Below are positions 29,421 through 39,446 of a DNA stretch of 64,000 bases, piece after piece. Under the pieces are notes generated by a model. That model did no database searches. It had not been told where the DNA came from and saw only the letters and a program-made list of their open reading frames with translations. Source of the stretch: Candidatus Dojkabacteria bacterium (GTDB taxonomy: Bacteria; Patescibacteriota; Dojkabacteria; JAFGLO01); the NCBI GenBank assembly GCA_016927995.1, contig JAFGLO010000015.1:75430-139429 (forward strand), given 5' to 3'. Position numbers and translations under genes: made by a program. Each line of letters starts with the position of its first letter. The stretch's first letter is position 1.

Positions 29421-29956
29421 TGGATAGCTTTAAGCAGATACACGATAAAGTAAGGACCGAATTGGCAAAGGAAGGTAAATATGCTAATATAATGGTCGCT
29501 CCGCGGTTAAGAAAGATTGTTGTTAATGCGGGCGTTGGAAACGGTACTAAGGATAGAGCCGTTGTAGAAGATGTAGTAAGTATACTTACTCAGATTACTG
29601 GGCAGAAGCCGGTTGAAACTAAAGCAAACGTTGCCGTATCAAACTTTGGAATAAGAAGGGGTGATGTTGTTGGAGTAAAAGTCACGTTAAGGGGTGAGCG
29701 AATGTGGAGTTTTGCGGAAAAGTTCTTAAACATTGTACTTCCCAGATTTAGGGACTTTAGAGGAATTGCTAAGAAATCGATTGATCAATCAGGAAACTTA
29801 CACATTGGTGTTCTTGATCATATGGTTTTTATAGAAATCGATCCCAATAAGGTTCAAAATAATAGATCTTTCCAGGTGAGTCTTGTTGCAAATGCAAGTT
29901 CAGCAGAGGCTGGCTTAGAGTTTTTTACAAGATTAGGGTTTCCTTTTATTGAATAA
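29420..29956 (+). CDS. rplE: 50S ribosomal protein L5
   Basis: Sequence and operon position. Confidence 0.9.
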   Translation: MDSFKQIHDKVRTELAKEGKYANIMVAPRLRKIVVNAGVGNGTKDRAVVEDVVSILTQITGQKPVETKANVAVSNFGIRRGDVVGVKVTLRGERMWSFAEKFLNIVLPRFRDFRGIAKKSIDQSGNLHIGVLDHMVFIEIDPNKVQNNRSFQVSLVANASSAEAGLEFFTRLGFPFIE

Positions 29957-29972
29957 ATTTTAATTACTTTAA

Positions 29973-30167
29973 ATGGCTACCACAGCAGGTTGGGTTCAAT
30001 ACAAAAGGCTCAAGAAAAAATCAAAATTTAAGACAAGAGTTTACGAGCGTTGTCGCAAATGCGGAAGATCGAGAGGTGTTTTCAAAGAATTCGGGCTTTG
30101 CAGAATTTGCTTTAGAGAGCTTGCACACAAGGGAGAAATTCCGGGTGTAAAAAAGTCAAGCTGGTAA
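29973..30167 (+). CDS. rpsZ: 30S ribosomal protein S14 type Z (zinc-binding)
   Basis: 64 aa with CRKCGRS and CRICFRE Cys pairs. Confidence 0.9.
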   Translation: MATTAGWVQYKRLKKKSKFKTRVYERCRKCGRSRGVFKEFGLCRICFRELAHKGEIPGVKKSSW

Positions 30168-30186
30168 TTTATATATTTATAAAGTT

Positions 30187-30579
30187 ATGGTTACAGACAT
30201 TGTTGCAGATACAATAACAAGAATATATAACGGATCACTTAGTAAACTCGACGTTATTGAAGTCGTTTACGGAAAACTTGTTGTGGGTGTCTTGCAAATC
30301 CTTAAGGATCAGGGTTTTATAACTGATTTCGAGGAGATTGATAATAGTGGAAAGAAGTCTATCAATGTTGTCTTGAAATACGAGGACAAAGATCCTATAA
30401 TCACCGGAGTAAAGAGAGTTTCCAGTCCCGGAAGAAGAATATACAGATCGGCTAATCAGGTAAGAAAAGTAAAGCAAGGACTTGGAGTAGGAATCTACTC
30501 TACGTCAATAGGATTAATGTCCGATAAAGATGCTTACATTAAAAAAGTAGGCGGCGAATATTTATGTGAAGTTTGGTAA
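30187..30579 (+). CDS. rpsH: 30S ribosomal protein S8
   Basis: Sequence and operon position. Confidence 0.9.
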   Translation: MVTDIVADTITRIYNGSLSKLDVIEVVYGKLVVGVLQILKDQGFITDFEEIDNSGKKSINVVLKYEDKDPIITGVKRVSSPGRRIYRSANQVRKVKQGLGVGIYSTSIGLMSDKDAYIKKVGGEYLCEVW

Positions 30580-30580
30580 T

Positions 30581-31123
30581 ATGTCAAGAATAGGTATAAA
30601 ACCGATTACAATACCGGAGGGCGTTAATGTGTCGGTGGACAATAATATACTTACGGTTAAAGGACCTAAAGGCGAACTTACTTTCCCTGTTCATGACATG
30701 ATAACGGTTTCTGTAAATGACAAAAGTATTGAGGTAGCCAGAAAAAATGATCAGGAATTAAGCAAAGCAATGCATGGCACAACCAGAAGCATAATTAAAA
30801 ACATGGTAGAAGGTGTTGTTAACGGTTACCAGAAAGTTCTTTTAATCCAGGGTATTGGGTATAGGGCAAGTTTAAACGGCAAAGATATATCGTTAAGTAT
30901 TGGATATACTCATCCAGTTGAAATAATCGCTCCGGAAGGCATTACCTTTTCTGTAGAAGACTCGGTAAAAATAACCATATCAGGAATAGATAAGCAACTT
31001 GTGGGTGAGACTGCAGCAAAAATAAGGGCAGTCAGGAAGCCTGAACCGTATAAAGGTAAGGGTATTAGGTATGAAAACGAGTACGTAAGGAGAAAGACTC
31101 CTCGAGTTATTTCTTCAGAATAA
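30581..31123 (+). CDS. rplF: 50S ribosomal protein L6
   Basis: MSRIGIKPI.. start typical of L6. The ORF track began at 30566 in the same frame. Confidence 0.9.
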   Translation: MSRIGIKPITIPEGVNVSVDNNILTVKGPKGELTFPVHDMITVSVNDKSIEVARKNDQELSKAMHGTTRSIIKNMVEGVVNGYQKVLLIQGIGYRASLNGKDISLSIGYTHPVEIIAPEGITFSVEDSVKITISGIDKQLVGETAAKIRAVRKPEPYKGKGIRYENEYVRRKTPRVISSE

Positions 31124-31139
31124 TTATAAGCATAAAAAC

Positions 31140-31481
31140 ATGAGCAGTGTAGCGGAATCAAGACAAAGAAGAAAACTAAGGGTAAGGAAGAAAATTCATG
31201 GTACGTCTTTAAGACCCAGGATTTCCGTATTTAGGTCAGCAAAGCACTGTTATGTTCAGGCAATAGATGATGACAAAGGAAAAACTTTAGTTGGGGTTCG
31301 TGATACTGATCAAAAGGCTGATTCAAAAAACAGTAAGTGGTTTGCATTGGGAGCAGTAATGGGTGAAGCCTTAGTAAAAAAGAGGCTGAAATCAGCCATC
31401 TTCGACAGAGGGGCATACAAATACGGCGGTAGGTTAAAAGATATTGCTGACGGTATACGATCTAAAAAAATAAATTTTTAA
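31140..31481 (+). CDS. rplR: 50S ribosomal protein L18
   Basis: Sequence and operon position. Confidence 0.9.
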   Translation: MSSVAESRQRRKLRVRKKIHGTSLRPRISVFRSAKHCYVQAIDDDKGKTLVGVRDTDQKADSKNSKWFALGAVMGEALVKKRLKSAIFDRGAYKYGGRLKDIADGIRSKKINF

Positions 31482-31484
31482 TTC

Positions 31485-32150
31485 TTGCTTGTGAAAAGAA
31501 GGGAACAACGAAGAGAAAAGCCAAGGTTTGAGAGACATATTGTTGACACAAGGCGTGTCGCAAAGGTTCGTGCAGGTGATAAGCTATTAAGTTTTAGTGC
31601 TTTGGTTGTTGTCGGTGACAAGAAGAGTAAAGTTGGTGTTGGACTTGGTAAAGGTCGTGATACAAGGGCCGCAATAATGAAAGCAGTAAATAAAGGTGAA
31701 CGAAAAATGTTTGAAGTATGTAGGATCGGAACAACAATTCCGCACGAAGTCCTTCATAAGTTTGGGGCTGCAAAGATACTTCTAAAACCCGCTCCCCCCG
31801 GTACTGGTGTAATTGCAGGAAGTTCGATTAGACCTGTATTAGAACTTGCCGGAATTGCCGATATTGTCACAAAGCAGGTGGGTAGAGGAAACGCAATTAA
31901 TAATGTTTATTGCGTAGTTGAAGCATTAAAAAAACTAAAAAAAGAGAGAGTATTATCGAAGCGCTCCAAGGCACCTAAAGTTGAAGAAACAAGTGTTGAC
32001 ACAGTTGAGGAAAATAAAAAGATAGATTTACCCAAAAGCAAACAGGTCAAAACTAAGTCAGTAGAGAAGGTCGTGAGTCCCGTAAAAACAGACGTAAAAC
32101 CTTCTAGAACAGTAAAGTCAGAAAAAAATACTAAACTTAAAAAATCATAG
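31485..32150 (+). CDS. rpsE: 30S ribosomal protein S5 with roughly 55-aa lysine-rich C-terminal extension
   Basis: dsRBD plus S5 C-terminal domain, then a K/V/S-rich tail. L15 starts 1 nt after the stop, so there is no room for an rpmD (L30) gene. Confidence 0.9.
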   Translation: MLVKRREQRREKPRFERHIVDTRRVAKVRAGDKLLSFSALVVVGDKKSKVGVGLGKGRDTRAAIMKAVNKGERKMFEVCRIGTTIPHEVLHKFGAAKILLKPAPPGTGVIAGSSIRPVLELAGIADIVTKQVGRGNAINNVYCVVEALKKLKKERVLSKRSKAPKVEETSVDTVEENKKIDLPKSKQVKTKSVEKVVSPVKTDVKPSRTVKSEKNTKLKKS

Positions 32151-32612
32151 ATGAGTATACTTGCCGAAGTTTCATTTAAAGGAAATCCCCTTCAGAAAAA
32201 AAAGCGACTTGGTAGAGGTTATGGATCAGGAAAAGGTGGACATACGGTAGGACGTGGTCAAAAGGGACAAAAATCAAGAGGGAAGAGAAAAGTAAGACTT
32301 GGGTTTACCGGAGGACAGGTATCATTACATGAACGACTTCCTCATTACAGAGGAATTACCAGGAGAAATATCGGCGTAAGAAGATCCACAAAAACTGTTA
32401 ACGTATCACAGATTGAAACGCATTTTAAGACCGGTGACATTGTTAACAAGGCTGCGCTTATTAATAAGAGGCTTGTCAGGAAAACAGAGCTTGTAAAAAT
32501 TCTGGGAAACGGTGATCTTAAGAAAAAGGTAAAAGTTATTAATCTTAACGTCTCGCTTTCCGCAAAGGAGAAAATAGAAAAGGCGGGTGGAGAAGTTATC
32601 AATGAAGGCTAA
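32151..32612 (+). CDS. rplO: 50S ribosomal protein L15
   Basis: Gly/Arg-rich N-terminus typical of L15. Confidence 0.9.
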   Translation: MSILAEVSFKGNPLQKKKRLGRGYGSGKGGHTVGRGQKGQKSRGKRKVRLGFTGGQVSLHERLPHYRGITRRNIGVRRSTKTVNVSQIETHFKTGDIVNKAALINKRLVRKTELVKILGNGDLKKKVKVINLNVSLSAKEKIEKAGGEVINEG

Positions 32613-33924
32613 GAGCAAAATACAAAAATGGATTCTTTCATTTAGAAGCGGTAATGGTCCAGACATTTTAAATAAGACTCTATTTATATTACTGGTCTCG
32701 GTACTCTTTAGAATTCTTTTTGCAATTCCTGTGCCCGGAGTGCCAATAAACTCACTTGGTGAGTTATTATCTCAATATTCACTTACCGAAGTTTTAAACA
32801 TAACGTCGTCCGGGGCATTAATGAATACAACCTTAATTGCTATTGGGTTGGGTCCATATATAAATGCCTCCGTAGTAATTCAGCTTTTAACAACTATATT
32901 TCCCAAGTTCCAGGAACTCCAAAAGGAAGGTGTTTCCGGCCGGATGAAGCTTAGTATGTATACAAGGCTTCTAACTCTTCCTTTGGCGGTTTTTCAATCT
33001 GTCGCGATTTATCTTGCATTAAAAGGTGACGGGATAATCATGCCGCTTTTTCCTCTGGAGCTAGCTTGTTTGATTGCTGCATTTACTGGCGGTTCTTTTC
33101 TTTTGATGTGGTTAAGTGAACTTGTAACTGAGGATGGATTTCTAAACGGCAGCTCATACCTAATTGCCGCAGGAATACTTTCAGATATACCGAGTAGGTT
33201 TATAAGTGCATCCGGTAGTGTTGGAACATTAGTACTTATATTAACAATAGTAGGAAGTTTGCTTTGGATTGGATTTGTAGTTTTTGTTACATCCGCAGAG
33301 CGTAGAGTTGTAATGAAACACGCTAAAATAATGACATTTAACAGTAAAAAGGTAAAAGATAATCATTTGCCACTAAAACTAAATCAAGCCGGAGTGATGC
33401 CTGTCATTTTTGCAACATCATTTGTTTCTATGCCACAACTCTTGGTAAAAGTCTTGTCAAATGTTTCATGGGTGCAAACTACAGCATGGTTATCAAATGC
33501 TGTTTCGAAAATTGAGTTGTTTTATACAGATGCTTCACTTGAATACTATAGACAGGGACTTATTGCGCTTTTAATAATTGTATTTTCATTGGTATATACT
33601 TTTGTGGTATTTAACCCACGAGAAGTTGCTGAAAATCTTCAAAAACAGGGAGCCTACATTCCGGGTGTACGACCCGGGAAAGATACAACAAATTATCTAA
33701 TTAAAGTAATGTTGCGACTTTCTGTTGTTGGTTCTATATTCCTGTCGCTTCTTGCGATGTTTCCGTTTATTGTCCAGGAGATTACCTCGCTGTTTAATGA
33801 GAATCTCATAATCCCAATGTTTTTCAGCGGAACAGGTATTTTAATTGTTATCGGTGTGGCGATTGATCTTTTTAACAAGATCAGATCAATGAAAACCGAA
33901 ACATACTCTATTACCGGTATTTAA
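32587..33924 (+). CDS. secY: Preprotein translocase subunit SecY
   Basis: 10-helix SecY topology and sequence. 445 aa. Confidence 0.9.
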   Translation: MEKLSMKAKSKIQKWILSFRSGNGPDILNKTLFILLVSVLFRILFAIPVPGVPINSLGELLSQYSLTEVLNITSSGALMNTTLIAIGLGPYINASVVIQLLTTIFPKFQELQKEGVSGRMKLSMYTRLLTLPLAVFQSVAIYLALKGDGIIMPLFPLELACLIAAFTGGSFLLMWLSELVTEDGFLNGSSYLIAAGILSDIPSRFISASGSVGTLVLILTIVGSLLWIGFVVFVTSAERRVVMKHAKIMTFNSKKVKDNHLPLKLNQAGVMPVIFATSFVSMPQLLVKVLSNVSWVQTTAWLSNAVSKIELFYTDASLEYYRQGLIALLIIVFSLVYTFVVFNPREVAENLQKQGAYIPGVRPGKDTTNYLIKVMLRLSVVGSIFLSLLAMFPFIVQEITSLFNENLIIPMFFSGTGILIVIGVAIDLFNKIRSMKTETYSITGI

Positions 33925-33935
33925 AGTCTTTTGTA

Positions 33936-34595
33936 ATGATAATTATTATCCTTGGTCCAAGTGGTTCGGGGAAGGATACTCAGGCAGATCTTATCTCCAG
34001 GAAATATGGATTTAGCGTTTGCGGAACAGGAGATCTTTTTAGACATGAAATTGAAAAGGGTACAAAGTTAGGTAAAATCGCTGAAGGGTATATAAAAAAG
34101 GGAATCTGGGTCCCAATAAGATATTGGGAACAGGTTGTAAAGAATTGGATCTCCAGAACAGATCTTTCAAAAAATCACCTACTTGTAGGCTTCATAAGAA
34201 TAGACGGTCAACAGCAAATATTGGACAAGCTTTTGGCCAATGCAAAAAGCAGAGTGGACTTGGTAATTCACGTAACGTTATCTGATCAAGAAGCTATCAA
34301 AAGACTGAGTTGTAGATGGTTTTGTAAGACATGTGGCGAAACATATGACGATGTACATAAACCACCCAAGGTTAAAGGCATTTGTGATAAAGACGGAAGC
34401 AAACTAATAAAAAGAGAAGATGATAAACCCCAAAGTATAAGACATCGAATGAGTGATTATAATAAAAATATTCACCCAATAATAAGTTACTATCGTGAAC
34501 ATGGGGTTTTAGAGGAAGTGGATGGTGCACCGTCAATACCTAAGGTTTTTAAAGCTATCTCAAAAATTTTAACGAAAAACAATGAAAAAGCCTGA
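33936..34595 (+). CDS. adk: Adenylate kinase with zinc-binding LID
   Basis: P-loop GPSGSGKDT. LID region with CxxC...C.D. Confidence 0.9.
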   Translation: MIIIILGPSGSGKDTQADLISRKYGFSVCGTGDLFRHEIEKGTKLGKIAEGYIKKGIWVPIRYWEQVVKNWISRTDLSKNHLLVGFIRIDGQQQILDKLLANAKSRVDLVIHVTLSDQEAIKRLSCRWFCKTCGETYDDVHKPPKVKGICDKDGSKLIKREDDKPQSIRHRMSDYNKNIHPIISYYREHGVLEEVDGAPSIPKVFKAISKILTKNNEKA

Positions 34596-35304
34596 AGCAA
34601 TGAGAAAAGGCGGCAAAATAATTGCCGAAATTCACGAAATTCTAATGGGGATGATATCTAAAGGAGTTAGTGAACTTGAAATAGAGAATAAAGCCAAGTC
34701 GTTATGTAAAAAATATAACGTTATTCCGGGATTTCTGGGTTATGAGGGATATCCTGCCGCTACTTGTATTTGCGTAAATGACGAGGTTGTACATGCAATT
34801 CCGTCAAATTACAGGTTTAAGACGGGTGATGTGGTAACTATTGATTTTGGAATTGTCTTTAATGGTTATAATCTTGACATGGCAAGAACCGTAGTTGTTG
34901 GTAAGACCCAAACCAATGATATAATCGAGGTTAGTAAGACAGCACTAAAACTTGCAACGGCGATATGTAAAAACGGTGTAAGGGTCGGAGATATTGGGGA
35001 AGTAATTCAGGACTATGTTGAATCTCATGGATATGCTATAATCCGGGAACTTGTTGGTCATTCAATAGGTAGGCATTTGCACGAAGCTCCGTACATTCCC
35101 AATTTTGGGAATAAAGGAACCGGTGCAGTATTAAAAAAGGGTGATACAATTGCAATAGAGGTTATAATTTCCGAAGGTTCAGGTGAAATTGTAATTGCAG
35201 AAGACGATTGGACAGTACTTACGGATGATGGCTCTATTGGTGTAGCCACCGAAAATACTATCATGGTCGGGTCAAGTGCCCCCGAAGTGTTGACTATTCG
35301 CTAG
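34582..35304 (+). CDS. map: Methionine aminopeptidase type I
   Basis: Pita-bread fold motifs and conserved metal ligands (D..D..H..E..E pattern). Confidence 0.85.
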   Translation: MKKPEAMRKGGKIIAEIHEILMGMISKGVSELEIENKAKSLCKKYNVIPGFLGYEGYPAATCICVNDEVVHAIPSNYRFKTGDVVTIDFGIVFNGYNLDMARTVVVGKTQTNDIIEVSKTALKLATAICKNGVRVGDIGEVIQDYVESHGYAIIRELVGHSIGRHLHEAPYIPNFGNKGTGAVLKKGDTIAIEVIISEGSGEIVIAEDDWTVLTDDGSIGVATENTIMVGSSAPEVLTIR

Positions 35305-35367
35305 AAAGAGTATAAAATAGCCAGCATTGTCAATGGTATATCCGATATGATATGTTAAATTTAATCA

Positions 35368-35601
35368 GTGGCTTGTATGGAACCAAAGGTCTTTGAAATA
35401 GACGGTGTGGTAACAGAAGCACTTCCACAGATTAAATTTATTGTTGAAATCGAGGTCAGTGGTAAAAAGCGTCAATTAGTTTGTCACCTGGCAGGAAGAA
35501 TGAAATTAAATTACATAAAAATCGTTGTGGGTGATAAGGTAAAACTCGAGATTAACTCATATGATCCCACAAAGGGAAGAATAATATATAGGCACCCTTA
35601 A
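35368..35601 (+). CDS. infA: Translation initiation factor IF-1
   Basis: S1-like OB fold sequence. Start may be the second ATG at 35377. Confidence 0.85.
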   Translation: MACMEPKVFEIDGVVTEALPQIKFIVEIEVSGKKRQLVCHLAGRMKLNYIKIVVGDKVKLEINSYDPTKGRIIYRHP

Positions 35602-35718
35602 ATGAAAGTAAAAACATCAGTAAAAAAAAGATGTATACATTGTTATGTGGTTAGAAGAAAAGGTAGAGTGTATGTGTATTGCAGAAAAAGTCCTAAACAT
35701 AAGCAGAGGCAAAGATAA
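35602..35718 (+). CDS. rpmJ: 50S ribosomal protein L36 (Zn-ribbon type)
   Basis: Hand translation gives [38 protein letters not shown], with the C..C..C..H L36 motif. It sits between infA and rpsM as expected. It is absent from the ORF track because it is 38 aa. Confidence 0.85.
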   Translation: MKVKTSVKKRCIHCYVVRRKGRVYVYCRKSPKHKQRQR

Positions 35719-35733
35719 ATTTAATCAAGTAAG

Positions 35734-36117
35734 ATGGCAAGACTTTTTGGTGTAGAACTAAATGACAACAAGAGAGTAGCATATGCATTGACCGGAATAG
35801 TCGGTGTCGGGTTAAATCAGGCAAGAAAGATTATTGTCGCTATAAATATTGACTCTAACCTTAAGCTTAAGGACCTTACAAACGACGAACTTGACAGAGT
35901 TCGAAGTTATATCGAAGAAAATCTAAAAGTCGAAGGTGAATTAAGACAAGAAGTTAATCAGAATATTAAAAAGTTAAAAGACGTTCGAGTTTATCGAGGA
36001 ATAAGGCACAAACTTGGACTTCCAGTGAGAGGTCAGCGAACCCGTAGAAATTGTCACACCCGTAAAGGACATTCAATGCCGGTTGGTGGACTTAAGCGTG
36101 TACTTACGAAGACTTAA
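35734..36117 (+). CDS. rpsM: 30S ribosomal protein S13
   Basis: MARLFGVEL.. start. Confidence 0.9.
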   Translation: MARLFGVELNDNKRVAYALTGIVGVGLNQARKIIVAINIDSNLKLKDLTNDELDRVRSYIEENLKVEGELRQEVNQNIKKLKDVRVYRGIRHKLGLPVRGQRTRRNCHTRKGHSMPVGGLKRVLTKT

Positions 36118-36132
36118 TTGTTTTAAATATTA

Positions 36133-36570
36133 ATGGCAGATAAAGCTGTAGACAAAAAGACCAAAGTTTCAAAGGTTGTTAAAAAGGATGTAAAACCCAA
36201 GAAAAACAAGGTTAAAAGAAAGGTTCTAAGGGGGCGTGCATATATAAAGGCCACTTTTAACAATACAATGATTACCATTACCGATGAAGAAGGTGCAACT
36301 TTGGCTTGGGGATCTCCGGCAATATTAGGGTACAGTGGAGCCAGAAAAGGTAGTTCTTTTGTTGCTACAAAAGCCGCAGAAGATGTTGCTACCCGTGTTC
36401 AACGATTTGGTCTTGTCGAAATAGATGTTTTTGTTTCGGGACCCGGTTCAGGAAGAAACGCGGCAATTAAAGGACTTGCTTCGGGTGGACTTAGGATAAA
36501 TACTTTACGTGACGTAACCCCGATAAGGCATGGTGGATGTAAACCAAGAAAACGACCAAGGGGTAGTTAG
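36133..36570 (+). CDS. rpsK: 30S ribosomal protein S11
   Basis: Sequence and operon position. Confidence 0.9.
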   Translation: MADKAVDKKTKVSKVVKKDVKPKKNKVKRKVLRGRAYIKATFNNTMITITDEEGATLAWGSPAILGYSGARKGSSFVATKAAEDVATRVQRFGLVEIDVFVSGPGSGRNAAIKGLASGGLRINTLRDVTPIRHGGCKPRKRPRGS

Positions 36571-36596
36571 TTTTAATTTGTTAACTGGATTCTTAA

Positions 36597-37181
36597 ATGG
36601 GTAAATATACAGGGCCAAAATGTAGACTTTGCAGACGTGAAGGCGTTAAGCTTTTCTTAAGGGGCGAAAGATGTTTGTCTCCAAAGTGTGCATTTAACAG
36701 AAGACCAGTTGCTCCGGGAATGTATCCCAATACTACCGGTAAGATTTCAGACTATGGTGTACATCTTCGTGAAAAGCAAAAGGTAAAGCGGATGTATGGA
36801 ATGGGTGAGGCACAATTTAAAAGGTTTTTTGGTATGGTTTCAAAGGAATCGAATCGAGGATTTGCCTTTCTTCAGCTTTTGGAAAGAAGACTGGACAATA
36901 TTGTACTAAAATCAGGTTGGGCTGTTTCAATTTCGTCCGCCAGGCAGATTGTAAGTCACGGTAATATTTCCGTTAATGGTAAAAAGGTCGATATTCCATC
37001 ATATCTTGTTAAAGTCGGTGATAAAATAACAATAAAGAAACTTTTGTGGGAACCGTCCGGCAAGGCTCCAAAATGGCTTGAAGTTTCTGGAACCGAATGT
37101 ATTATTAAAGATTATCCGTCAAGAGAAATGATTGACTCCGGAATCAAAGAAAACCTTATTGTAGAGTTTTATTCTAGATAA
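36597..37181 (+). CDS. rpsD: 30S ribosomal protein S4 (with N-terminal zinc finger)
   Basis: CRLCRREG...C..KC zinc finger followed by an S4 domain. Confidence 0.9.
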   Translation: MGKYTGPKCRLCRREGVKLFLRGERCLSPKCAFNRRPVAPGMYPNTTGKISDYGVHLREKQKVKRMYGMGEAQFKRFFGMVSKESNRGFAFLQLLERRLDNIVLKSGWAVSISSARQIVSHGNISVNGKKVDIPSYLVKVGDKITIKKLLWEPSGKAPKWLEVSGTECIIKDYPSREMIDSGIKENLIVEFYSR

Positions 37182-37197
37182 ATTTAACCTTTCATAG

Positions 37198-38115
37198 ATG
37201 AGTCTTTTTGATGACGTAAAAGTTACAACAAAACAGGAATCGGCAGTAAAAGCTAAAATTGAAGTTACAAATCTTCCGTCCGGATACGGATACACCTTGG
37301 GATCTGCAGTTAGGAGAATCCTTCTAAGCAGTATGGAAGGTGTTGCCGTTGTCGGAGTAAGGATTACAGGCGTAACTCACGAATTTTCAACAATAAAGGG
37401 TGTAAAAGAAGGTGTGTTCGAGATTCTTTTAAATTTAAAGCGGGTAAAATTTAAGATTGATGGTGCCGACGAGGCTACCGGTGTAATTAAATTTCCCAAG
37501 AGTGGCGTTGTAACAGCAAAGGATATAACCGTTCCTTCAAACGTTACAATTGCAAACCCTGATCAAAAGATTGCTGAGATTAGTAAGCTTTCGGGTAGTG
37601 TTAAATTTGACTTAGATATAAAACGTGGAATTGGTTACAATCATGTAGAACTTGTTGATCGAAACGAGATCGGATATATTCCACTTGATGCTGACTTTTC
37701 TCCAATTAGACGAGTCGATATGGATGTTGAAAAAGTAAGGTTTGGTGAAAGAACCGATCTTGACAAAGTTTCCTTAGTCGTTGTAACGGATAACTCCGTT
37801 GAACCACTTGAGGCTGTAAAGCGTTCAATTGGAATCCTAGTTGAAGCCTTAAGCACATTTGGCGAAATATTAAAAAATGAAAAGGAAGACGTTGCCGAAC
37901 CAACCGAAGTTCAGGAAGAATCAGGTTGGAATATTGAAAATATTGACATTCCGACAAAGGTTAGAAACGTATTGATTGCGGCAGGGGTTAAAACACTAGA
38001 CCAATTAACAAAGCTTACGGTTGCAGATGTGATGGAGATACAGGGATTGGGAGCAAAGGCTGTAAAGGAAATAGAGAAAGCACTTAAGAAAATAGGATTA
38101 ACATTAGCAAAATAA
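37198..38115 (+). CDS. rpoA: DNA-directed RNA polymerase subunit alpha
   Basis: N-terminal dimerisation domain and C-terminal domain; sits in the alpha operon. Confidence 0.9.
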   Translation: MSLFDDVKVTTKQESAVKAKIEVTNLPSGYGYTLGSAVRRILLSSMEGVAVVGVRITGVTHEFSTIKGVKEGVFEILLNLKRVKFKIDGADEATGVIKFPKSGVVTAKDITVPSNVTIANPDQKIAEISKLSGSVKFDLDIKRGIGYNHVELVDRNEIGYIPLDADFSPIRRVDMDVEKVRFGERTDLDKVSLVVVTDNSVEPLEAVKRSIGILVEALSTFGEILKNEKEDVAEPTEVQEESGWNIENIDIPTKVRNVLIAAGVKTLDQLTKLTVADVMEIQGLGAKAVKEIEKALKKIGLTLAK

Positions 38116-38118
38116 TAA

Positions 38119-38565
38119 ATGAAGGTTCTGGCAAAACAAAAAATAAACGCACGAGTAGGTGTTCGAGAAAGGCTTATAATCTCTCAGTTTGTATCTTTAG
38201 TAACTACAGGTAAAATTACAACTACCACTACTAAGGCTCGTGCATTAAAGTCATTTGCCGACAAAATAATCGGAATGATTGTATCTAAGAAGACGGCTCA
38301 CGATCAGAATATTGTTAGGGCCAGATTAAAGCACAACAAAAGACTTGCCGAAATGTTCGAGAAACTTTCTAAACTTCCCCCTAGAATGGGAAGTTATGTA
38401 AGTATGATCGGTGCAGGTAATAGAAAAGGTGATAATGCTGCTGTATCGGAAGTATCACTTATTGATTACGACAAACTTACAAAATCTACAAAAGAAAACA
38501 AAATAGAGGACAAAAGTTCCAAGAAGGAAGAAAAAAATACTTCCGGTCGTGCTAAGAAATCTTAA
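38119..38565 (+). CDS. rplQ: 50S ribosomal protein L17 with lysine-rich C-terminal tail
   Basis: Sequence and position after rpoA. Confidence 0.85.
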   Translation: MKVLAKQKINARVGVRERLIISQFVSLVTTGKITTTTTKARALKSFADKIIGMIVSKKTAHDQNIVRARLKHNKRLAEMFEKLSKLPPRMGSYVSMIGAGNRKGDNAAVSEVSLIDYDKLTKSTKENKIEDKSSKKEEKNTSGRAKKS

Positions 38566-38580
38566 TTGGAGTTAGTTTAA

Positions 38581-39039
38581 ATGAGAAGAATCAGACAAGA
38601 CACAACCTGGGTAAAAGGAAAAGATACTCATAAGCGAAATTGGTATCTTGCCGATGCCAAAGGTCAAACCCTGGGTAGACTTGCCACTAAGATTGCAACT
38701 ATATTGACAGGAAAGCATAAGCCGGACATGGTTCCAAATCTTGATCAAGGTGATGGCGTTGTAGTTATAAATGCAAAGTATGTTAGACTTTCAAGTGAAG
38801 GAAAGCTCGAAAACAAAATCTATCGAAGTCATACCCGTTATCCGACCGGACTTAAAGAAATTAGTCTTGGGGCGATGCTACGAAAAAGTCCCGAAGAGGT
38901 AATAAAAAGAGCCGTAAAGGGTATGCTCCCGGTAAACAAGCTGAGAGACAGATATATGACTAGGCTTTCTATTTTTGCAGAGGCAGAGCATGACAAACAG
39001 GCTCAAAAACCTGAACCAATAGATAATTTGTTTAAGTAG
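38581..39039 (+). CDS. rplM: 50S ribosomal protein L13
   Basis: Sequence and L13-S9 pairing. Confidence 0.9.
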   Translation: MRRIRQDTTWVKGKDTHKRNWYLADAKGQTLGRLATKIATILTGKHKPDMVPNLDQGDGVVVINAKYVRLSSEGKLENKIYRSHTRYPTGLKEISLGAMLRKSPEEVIKRAVKGMLPVNKLRDRYMTRLSIFAEAEHDKQAQKPEPIDNLFK

Positions 39040-39044
39040 TTTAA

Positions 39045-39446
39045 GTGGTAGACAAAAAGTTAAAATACATCGAAGGTATAGGCAGGAGAAAAACATCAAC
39101 AGCCAGAGCTAGAATATATGATGGTGAAGATATTTCAATTGTTAATGGTAAGGATATCAAAGAATATTTTTTTAACCAGTCAGATCTTGAATCCGCAATT
39201 GAACCGCTTACCGTTACAAATACTCAAAAGAAGTTTGGCTATTCGATTTCGGTTAATGGTGGTGGAATTTCCGGTCAGTCCGGTGCAGCGAGCTTGGCAT
39301 TGGCAAGGGCCCTTGTCAAATTCGATGAAACGTTAAAGCCGGCACTCAAGGCTAAAGGTCTTATGACTCGAGATCCACGTATGGTTGAGCGTAAGAAATA
39401 CTTTCTTAAAAAGGCAAGAAAATCTCCGCAATATTCAAAGCGTTAA
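39045..39446 (+). CDS. rpsI: 30S ribosomal protein S9
   Basis: Conserved C-terminal ..KKARKSPQYSKR. Confidence 0.9.
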   Translation: MVDKKLKYIEGIGRRKTSTARARIYDGEDISIVNGKDIKEYFFNQSDLESAIEPLTVTNTQKKFGYSISVNGGGISGQSGAASLALARALVKFDETLKPALKAKGLMTRDPRMVERKKYFLKKARKSPQYSKR

